Source: Chrysomallon squamiferum (Eukaryota > Animalia > Mollusca). Taken from it: DNA of 64,000 nt. The position numbers and the translations under genes are program-made. The notes below the pieces were generated by a model. It saw only the letters and a program-made list of their open reading frames with translations, did not search any database and was not told where the DNA came from. Location of the stretch: NCBI GenBank assembly GCA_012295275.1, contig CM022679.1, positions 8,618,001 through 8,682,000 of the forward strand, written 5' to 3'. This document shows, one piece after another, positions 56,601-64,000 of this stretch (position 1 is its first letter; each line of letters opens with the position of its first letter).

Positions 56601-59600
56601 AATTTTGTGCATGAAATATGATTAGTACATGCAAAATTGACTGAAAAATATAAGAAGTAGATTTTTCTGATTATTGATCAAAGTTTAGATTTTGTAGCTT
56701 TTTGGATTTCGGAATTTCAGATAAAGAATCCTCAGCCTGTATACACCTTAAGATGGCTCTAAATAAACACATTATTGTTGGGATATAAAACACAGTGGGC
56801 ATGGTAACTAAATAGAAAGTACAATATTTTTTAAATTAAAGATGTTTTATGATTCGTAGAGTCAGGTATAACTCTTTGGATGCAATGCTATTTTGAATAA
56901 ACATGGTAACTGAAATGGAAACATTTTGATTTAAACTGGATATTCTGCATTAAACATCAGCCTACCCTCTCCTCTCAAAACTGTGGATTTCTACATTTAT
57001 GTATTATCTACCTGTGATTCCTCTGTAGCTGTAATAACTGTTTCTGCTGCTTTAGATTGATGATCATCAGAATTGTCTATCACCTCATCAATCTTATTTT
57101 TCTGTCCAGCAGTCTCAACTGTTGTAACGCTAACATTAGAAGCTATATCAACCGACGAACCATGTGATGCCTCAGTTTGTCCAGGGGTGTCTTTAAACAG
57201 ATCATCATCTGTTCCAGAAATATTCTCTGCCCCTTCATTTTTGAAACAGATGAGCTGTTAGCAGAGTCAGCAACCCTGTTGCCATTCTCGATTTCTTTTT
57301 CTTCAGTCAATGCAGCCTGAAAAACAAATCAGATTTATTAATAGTATGTAAGTTTCGTAGTTTTTTTTGATGCAACAGTCTGTGATGCAATAAATAATCA
57401 GGAGGAAATCAATAAGATAAATAAGAGAATTTTACAGAGATAAATAACATCATGTGGCATTTGTACAAATCCATTCATGTTACAGTGTGTAAAGCAGCTT
57501 TGGAAATCACACTACCACGTATGTAAAACCACTATTTTCCAGTGAACAGCAATGGATATTGTTTAATACAGGTTGAGAATCTGAAATACTTGGTACTGGA
57601 AGTGTTTCAGATTTTAGAATATAAGGAAAGTCTGAAAATAGGTCCTAATTCCAAGAATAAACTTATTTTATATTTCAGTTTATACAAATAGTCTGCAAGA
57701 TTTTAAAATTAATATTTTCATAATTTTGTGCATGAAATATGATTAGTACATGCAAAATTGACTGAAAAATATAAGAAGTAGATTTTTCTGATTATTGATC
57801 AAAGTTTAGATTTTGTAGCTTTTTGGATTTCGGAATTTCAGATAAAGAATCCTCAGCCTGTACACACCTTAAGATGGCTCTAAATAAACACATTATTGTT
57901 GGGATATAAAACACAGTGGGCATGGTAACTAAATAGAAAGTACAATATTTTTTAAATTAAAGATGTTTTATGATTCGTAGAGTCATGTATAACTCTTTGG
58001 ATGCAATGCTATTTTGAATAAACATGGTAACTGAAATGGAAACATTTTGATTTAAACTGGATATTCTGCATTAAACATCAGCCTACCCTCTCCTCTCAAA
58101 ACTGTGGATTTCTACATTTATGTATTATCTACCTGTGATTCCTCTGTAGCTGTAATAACTGTTTCTGCTGCTTTAGATTGATGATCATCAGAATTGTCTA
58201 TCACCTCATCAATCTTATTTTTCTGTCCAGCAGTCTCAACTGTTGTAACGCTAACATTAGAAGCTATATCAACCGACGAACCATGTGATGCCTCAGTTTG
58301 TCCAGGGGTGTCTTTAAACAGATCATCATCTGTTCCAGAAATATTCTCTTGCCCTTCACATTTTGAAACAGATGAGCTGTTAGCAGAGTCAGCAACCCTG
58401 TTGCCATTTTCGATTTCTTTTTCTTCAGTCAATGCAGCCTGAAAAACAAATCTGATTTATTAATAGTATGTAAGTTTCGAAGTTTTTTTTTGATGCAACA
58501 GTCTGTGATGCAATAAATAATCAGGAGGAAATCAATAAGATAAATAAGAGAATTTTACAGAGATAAATAACATCATGTGGCATTTGTACAAATCCATTCA
58601 TGTTACAGTGTGTAAAGCAGCTTTGGGAATCACACTACCACGTATGTAAAACCACTGTTTTCCAGTGAACAGCAATGGATATTGTTTAATACAGGTTGAG
58701 AATCTGAAATACTTGGTACTGGAAGTGTTTCAGATTTTGGAATATAAGGAAAGTCTGAGAATAGGTTCTAATTCCAAGAATAAACTTATTTTATATTTCA
58801 GTTTATACAAATAGTCTGCAAGATTTTAAAATTAATATTTTCATAATTTTGTGCATAAAATAAGATTAGTACATGCAAAATAAACTGAAAAATATAAGAA
58901 GTAGATTTTTCTGATTATTGATCAAAGTTTAGATTTTGTAGCTTTTTGGATTTCGGAATTTCAGATAAAGAATCCTCAGCCTGTACACACCTTAAGATGG
59001 CTCTAAATGAACACATTATTGTTGGGATATAAAACACAGTGGGCATGGTAACTAAATAGAAAGTACAATATTTTTTAAATTAAAGATGTTTTATGATTCG
59101 AAGAGTCACGTATAACTCTTTGGATGCAATGTTATTTTGAATAAACATGGTAACTGAAATGGAAACATTTTGATTTAAACTGGATATTCTGCATTAAACA
59201 TCAGCCTACCCTCTCCTCTCAAAACTGTGGATTTCTACATTTATGGATTATCTACCTGTGCTTCCTCTATAGCTGTAATGACTGTTTCTGCTGCTTTAGA
59301 TTGATGATCATCAGAATTGTCTGTCACCGTATCAATTTTATTTTTCTGTCCAGCAGTCTCAACTGTTGTAACGCTAACATTAGAAGCTATATCAACCGAC
59401 GAACCATGTGATGCCTCAGTTTGTCCAGAGGTGTCTTTAAACAGATCATCATCTGTTCCAGAAATATTCTCTTGCCCTTCACATTTTGAAACAGATGAGC
59501 TGTTAGCAGAGTCAGCAACCCTGTTGCCATTTTCGATTTCTTTTTCTTCAGTCAATGCAGCCTGAAAAACAAATCTGATTTATTAATAGTATGTAAGTTT

Positions 59601-61501
59601 CGAAGTTTTTTTTTGATGCAACAGTCTGTGATGCAATAAATAATCAGGAGGAAATCAATAAGATAAATAAGAGAATTTTACAGAGATAAATAACATCATG
59701 TGGCATTTGTACAAATCCATTCATGTTACAGTGTGTAAAGCAACTTTGGGAATCACACTACCACGTATGTAAAACCACTGTTTTCCAGTGAACAGCAATG
59801 GATATTGTTTAATACAGGTTGAGAATCTGAAATACTTGGTACTGGAAGTGTTTCAGATTTTGGAATATAAGGAAAGTCTGAGAATAGGTTCTAATTCCAA
59901 GAATAAACTTATTTTATATTTCAGTTTATACAAATAGTCTGCAAGATTTTAAAATTAATATTTTCATAATTTTGTGCATAAAATAAGATTAGTACATGCA
60001 AAATAAACTGAAAAATATAAGAAGTAGATTTTTCTGATTATTGATCAAAGTTTAGATTTTGTAGCTTTTTGGATTTCGGAATTTCAGATAAAGAATCCTC
60101 AGCCTGTACACACCTTAAGATGGCTCTAAATAAACACATTATTGTTGGGATATAAAACACAGTGGGCATGGTAACTAAATAGAAAGTACAATATTTTTTA
60201 AATTAAAGATGTTTTATGATTCGTAGAGTCACGTATAACTCTTTGGATGCAATGTTATTTTGAATAAACATGGTAACTGAAATGGAAATATTTTGATTTA
60301 AACTGGATATTCTGCATTAAACATCAGCCTACCGTCTCTTATCAAAACTGGGGCTTTCTACATTTATGGATTATCTACCTGTGCTTCCTCTATAGCTGTA
60401 ATGACTGTTTCTGCTGCTTTAGATTGATGATCATCAGAATTGTCTATCACCTCATCAATCTTATTTTTCTGTCCAGCAGTCTCAACTGTTGTAACGCTAA
60501 CATTAGAAGCTATATCAACTGAAGAACCATGTGATGCCTCATGGTGTCCAGGGGTGTCTTTAAACAGATCATCATCTGTTACAGAAATATTCTCTTGCCC
60601 TTCACATTTTGAAACAGATGAGCTGTTAGCAGAGTCAGCAATTTTGTTGCCATTTGTTGTTTCTTTTCCTTCAGTTGATGTAACCTGCAAAATAAACAGA
60701 TTTATTAATAATATGTAGCTGTTCAAAGTTTTGGAGTTTTTTTTTAATGGAACTATCTATGATGCAATAAATAATGAGGCGGAAATCTATAAGGTAAATG
60801 GACAGTATGTTTCTGAGACAATCAAAATTAATTAGAATGTGTAAATGTTTTCAAAAAATAAAAAATAAATCTGATATGCAAGATACAAAATTATAATTAA
60901 CTATACAGAAACACCAAATCAATTAAATGTTCATTTTTGATGTCAGTTAACATATTTATTACCTTCACAACTCTACTGGCATCCCTGAAAGATAAAATTA
61001 GAAAAATAAACTAAAATATAATAGTATTTTAATATTATGGTGAAGATTACAACATGATAGAAAAAGCATCTGATAATTTGAATAAAATAATATATTTAGA
61101 ACTAAAGTCTAAAATATCTTAATTAAATTTTAATTATCCATAGAAAGTGCATAAAAAGAGAGACATTATTACCAAACATTTTCGATACTTCAGCTCTTTT
61201 TTCCTTATAATATGTTTAAAAAGTTATCTGTTTCAAAAACAAATAGTACAATACTGTAATGTATTCTGTGGTGATATGCAAAACTTTAAATCATACTTTT
61301 GTCATAATTATTGAAGTTATTTCTAGTAAAAATATTAAGTTATAACAAAGTTTATGTATTTGTCTAACATGCAGGATAGTTTAATTAAGCTATGAAAATG
61401 TCTGATTTTCTCTAAAGCTGCACATGAATTTTGCATCATTAAACAGATTAACAAAAATGATATATTAATGAGATTACATATAAAATTACACACATACACA
61501 C

Positions 61502-61552
<51 letters not shown>

Positions 61553-62443
61553 AAACTGGATCTATTTTGCTTTATATCAGACATTACCATAAAGTCATTC
61601 ATGTTAAAGATGTTTTGCAAATACTGCCAAAAAAATATTAAAAATTATTAAACTCAGTTACCTGTTTTAATATACTAATTTTTTTGTTTGTTAATTTCTC
61701 AACATTTTTTTTACCTATGTAATAATTTCACAGACCTAATGGCATATAAATATGTCATAATATGAAATTAAGTTGCACAATAATTTAAAGTTATACTTTA
61801 TGAGAAAATATACAGGCAAATATTATTATTTTGGAAGGTTGGTGTGGTATACCAAATATAAATGTATTATCCATTTTATGCAGCAAAAAAAAAAAAAAAA
61901 GAAAAAGAAAAAAAAAAAGCAGAGACAAATTTTACAGCTTTGGTGGTGAAAATGAAGCTTACCTAAAATAACATCGAACTGATCGTCTTGTTGTTTTCAG
62001 TAGCTCCAACTCCAAATCAATACTTTCATCACCAAACACATCAATTTTTTCAGGCACAGAATTAATAAAATCTGTGAGTTTTTTCTGCATACTGCCATCA
62101 TCAACTACTTTCATAAAATTAGTGAACTCTTTTTCAGAAGATATGCTGAAGTATGATTTACCATCTTTGACTTCTTCAAAATGAATGAAAGAATCATCTT
62201 TGAAAATAGTCTGCAACTTTTCCTTACATAACAGATTAAAGACAAAATTCTTCTGGGCATAGGTGGCCTGTAACTCTTCTGGAGTAACATAAATGTTAAG
62301 ATCAACCGAAAAAACTGAAATTGAGAAGTACACACTTGCTAACTGCCAGACAAATAGATCATTTAATAAACATATGTACTTGTATAAAAAGCCAGTTTAC
62401 AAAAGAAATTATTAAGTTTTTAATGTAGTTTTATATGAGTTTA

Positions 62444-62517
<74 letters not shown>

Positions 62518-62889
62518 GTGCGGGGTTATGTAGACAAAATTAATATTTATCATCCAAAAAAAAATAATAATAAAAAAATAACAAATATGATTACCTAGAT
62601 TTTTATTTCTTTATCTTCAACAATGTGATCTTATGTCCATGTAAATTTATAACTGCTAACATTTTATATTTTACATATGGACTGCCATTCAGTAAACTGG
62701 CTGGACAAATAGTTGTTTAGATATTTTACATAATAAAAAAAAAAAAGAAAAAAAGAGCAGGAAGAAGAGAATATGTCTTTGCTTTAAATATTATTTAGTT
62801 GCTTGTGCATGTGTTTGAAGAAAGATATTACCAAATGGTTCAACAAGGATGGGTGGATCCTTTTCCAGTTCTGCACTTTTTTCTGCCAT
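32866..62889 (-). CDS. RNF213: Giant RNF213/mysterin-like AAA+ ATPase with N-terminal TRADD-N-like domain, tandem acidic repeats and CARD; ~5150-5250 aa
   Basis: Model: 62889-62832 (ATG in AGCATGG context, in-frame stop upstream), 62314-61963, 60984-60963, repeat exons 60684-60379, 59561-59256, 58438-58133, [57316-57012 frameshifted], 56195-55890, 55074-54769, [53984-53810 frameshifted], then 52266-52120, 51462-51297, 50797-50709, 48865-47163, 45639-34347, 32958-32866. All junctions are GT-AG with matching phases. The RNF213 family assignment is solid; linkage of the 5' exons and the last exon is inferred from phase. It is probably a lineage-specific paralog rather than the strict ortholog. 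Confidence 0.75.
34347..45639 (-). CDS. RNF213: 11,293-nt exon encoding the RNF213-like stalk, dynein-like AAA+ ring and E3-like module
   Basis: 3779-aa ORF with RNF213 motifs: LPFPHQVLFC..TTMEEI, PGLGKT (~42960), PVIMMGETGCGKT (Walker A 41810-41787), LFLDEINT, IAACNPY, YRVHPLP..VWDFG, VSLRE, ALKENVF, VFLVGKPGSSKSLS (40889-40866), VVILDEVGLAE..PLKVLHSLLE, VGISNWALDPAKMNR, GLRDFYSLVK, SLYDMLNQNY, PFLNRFEK. Acceptor TTTTATTAG at 45641-45640; donor GAG|GTCAGT at 34347. Confidence 0.95.
45872..45916. repeat. (GT)n microsatellite
   Basis: Direct observation. Confidence 0.95.
47163..48865 (-). CDS. 1703-nt exon of the RNF213-like gene (N-arm: beta-rich, possibly CBM20-like start, then helical stalk)
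   Basis: 565-aa ORF bounded by acceptor TTTCAG (48867-48866) and donor AG|GTAAAT (47163). The phase-2 end joins the giant exon in frame (DC-S-FHM). Confidence 0.85.
49067..50760. repeat. Old local duplication including a truncated copy of the 50797-50709 exon
   Basis: 49067-49510 resembles 50168-50530. 50090-50155 duplicates the 3' half and GTAAGT donor of the exon (50693-50755) but lacks its acceptor. Confidence 0.75.
50556..50640. repeat. (CT)n microsatellite
   Basis: Direct observation. Confidence 0.95.
51297..52266 (-). CDS. Two exons encoding a RIG-I/MDA5/MAVS-type CARD (death fold)
   Basis: Spliced peptide EKLVQAIHLDFKKNVDPKHLMPHLSDVLNPGNQ|SEIEAIQNSKGRHEAALRMLEILKTKDDWFEFLQTALCTKDIQQKHVAEIF. 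It shows the D-P..lmp.L, I....G...A...L..L....W...l..AL.......A pattern of RLR/MAVS CARDs. Confidence 0.8.
52890..53235. repeat. Intronic minisatellite, ~48-bp unit with a 25-bp subunit
   Basis: GATTAGATTTTGAAGTTGGAAGTTTGATTTCTCTAAAACCACAAGAAT repeated ~6-7 times with variants. Confidence 0.85.
53810..53984 (-). pseudogene. Degenerate, shortened repeat exon (175 nt, frameshift and in-frame TGA)
   Basis: Same splice sites as the 306-nt exons, but the length is 3n+1 and it reads ...LFEDIQ*. Confidence 0.65.
55326..55617 (+). mobile_element. Tc1/mariner-pogo (Tigger4/MER46-like) MITE, ~292 bp; further copies at 54237-54496, 56448-56739, 57569-57860, 58692-58983, 59815-60106 and a 3' remnant ending at 53620
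   Basis: TA|CAGGTTGAGAATC ... GAATCCTCAGCCTG|TA: imperfect TIRs with a TA target-site duplication. The subterminal TTTGGATTTCGGAATTTCAGAT repeats resemble recalled Tigger4/MER46 ends. Confidence 0.8.
61507..61546. repeat. (GA)n microsatellite
   Basis: Direct observation. Confidence 0.9.
61963..62314 (-). CDS. N-terminal exon of the RNF213-like gene, TRADD-N-like alpha/beta domain (tentative)
   Basis: Open exon with a phase-1 acceptor and a phase-2 GTAAGC donor. Peptide FEEVKDGKSYFSISSEKEFTNFMKVVDDGSMQKKLTDFI...SIDLELELL resembles the TRADD-N-like 'v.eGs..f...s...l..l....dG.lq..L' pattern. Confidence 0.6.
62449..62514. repeat. (GA)n microsatellite
   Basis: Direct observation. Confidence 0.95.
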
Positions 62890-63309
62890 GCTGTATTTGA
62901 AAGAACTACTGTACTTGCTCCTTGACAAAATTCATACATCTTCCATGAGACTCTTTGCTTTGTTTTTCTTTCCTGCAAAATAAAATTATGTTCACTAAAA
63001 CCTATACTTCTTTATTAGTAGTTTTTAACAAACAAAAACAACAAAAGCAGTGTATAAAGCTATTGAAAAATTTGTCAGTGATCCTATTTAATGATTCTAT
63101 GTAATTTTATATTTTTCTAGAAAAACAAATTAGAAAAGAGTGTAATAAAAAACAAAGTTAGGGTAAAACCTGATAGAAGAGAATAGTTTAATTTATTATC
63201 TGGGTAGAATATTAACAAACATTTATCCTTGTTCAAGAAATGTACTAAAATATATCACTGGCTCTTAACTCAGTCATGTATGGTTTAATTTACTTTGATA
63301 GTTGTTAAC

Positions 63310-63348
<39 letters not shown>

Positions 63349-63392
63349 TATTATTATTATTATTATTATTAATAATAAATAAATAAATAAAC
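63310..63392. repeat. (AAT)n followed by (TAT)n and (TAAA)n; self-complementary microsatellite
   Basis: Direct observation. Confidence 0.9.
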
Positions 63393-64000
63393 ATTATTGG
63401 CAACTGTGTCAAAATAACACTATTTAAAAAATAATAATAATTTTAAAACATTTAAAGAAAGATTTGTTGTGGAGAATGAAGTGCTAGTAATATTGGATTA
63501 CAGTCAGTGTTTTTGTTTTGACTGTGAAACAAACTGCTATTAAACTCACACTCTCACGATTCTAGTATTGAAGTTAATTAACAAAAGAATTAATAAATCA
63601 AACTGGATGATATATAATATTTGTTAATAAAATTTAATGAAAACAACATGACAAAATGAAATGTTACCTGAAATAAAATAAATATTTCCTTATCAACTAG
63701 AACTTGTGAAACCAACCTCTGACCTTTTACATTGATATTGGCACAAACCATTAGATAACGTGGGTGTTATGGAATATTTATGGTTTTAATATAAATGAGG
63801 GAGAGGGGAAAGGAAAATGATATCCTTACAGATTATACATACACACATATACACAAACATACATTTAAAATAAAATTTTAAATCTATTTAAATATGCCCC
63901 AATACGAAGAAAAATTAAATAAATAAAAATATTGAATAAATAAATATTAGCAGCAACTGTGTGAAAAGAAGATTATTTTTAGTAACGAAGAAAAGATAGA

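Larger units (their letters stand above)
53500..60800 (-). repeat. Tandem exon-intron duplication array, ~1122-bp unit, six full-size copies plus one degenerate copy; each unit is a 306-nt phase-0/0 exon plus an intronic MITE
   Basis: Near-identical ORFs at 54754, 55875, (57012), 58118, 59241 and 60364. Each has a polypyrimidine-CAG acceptor and a CAG|GTAGAT donor. The introns are as similar to each other as the exons. Confidence 0.97.

Noticed and set aside
61173-61227. 55-nt exon-like segment with AG/GT borders on the minus strand
   Set aside because: Stops in all three frames, and the flanking exons join in frame without it.
62784-62978. Listed 64-aa ORF MQERKTKQ...
   Set aside because: Its phase-0 end does not fit the next exon; the frame starting at ATG 62889 does.
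63655-63690. Minus-strand polypyrimidine-CAG|GTAACA resembling a recursive splice site
   Set aside because: Equally explained as an ordinary 5'UTR exon donor in AT-rich DNA; it cannot be tested from sequence alone.

Overview
AT-rich (~30% GC), intron- and microsatellite-rich invertebrate animal DNA. It is probably molluscan or lophotrochozoan, but that is inference only. I reconstructed three spliced protein-coding genes by hand, each with phase-consistent GT-AG junctions. (1) Folliculin FLCN, minus strand, 8 coding exons, 6998->2334, ~553 aa. (2) Centriolar CP110/CCP110, plus strand, ~12 coding exons, 8084/11727->20161, ~1117 aa, head-to-head with FLCN. (3) A giant (~5150-5250 aa) RNF213/mysterin-like AAA+ ATPase gene, minus strand, 62889->~32866. 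Gene 3 is the most unusual object. It carries an N-terminal TRADD-N-like module, a freshly amplified tandem array of 306-nt acidic cassette exons, a RIG-I/MAVS-type CARD and a FFAT-like motif. Each ~1122-bp unit of the exon array also carries a Tigger/MER46-like MITE. The AAA ring and E3-like region lie in one 11.3-kb exon; the Walker motifs are intact, there is no recognisable RING, and the RZ finger has lost its catalytic Cys/His. Between the convergent CP110 and RNF213-like 3' ends lie two related large-unit tandem arrays (~874 bp and ~905 bp) sharing a ~200-bp core. Homology calls come from recalled motifs, not from database searches.
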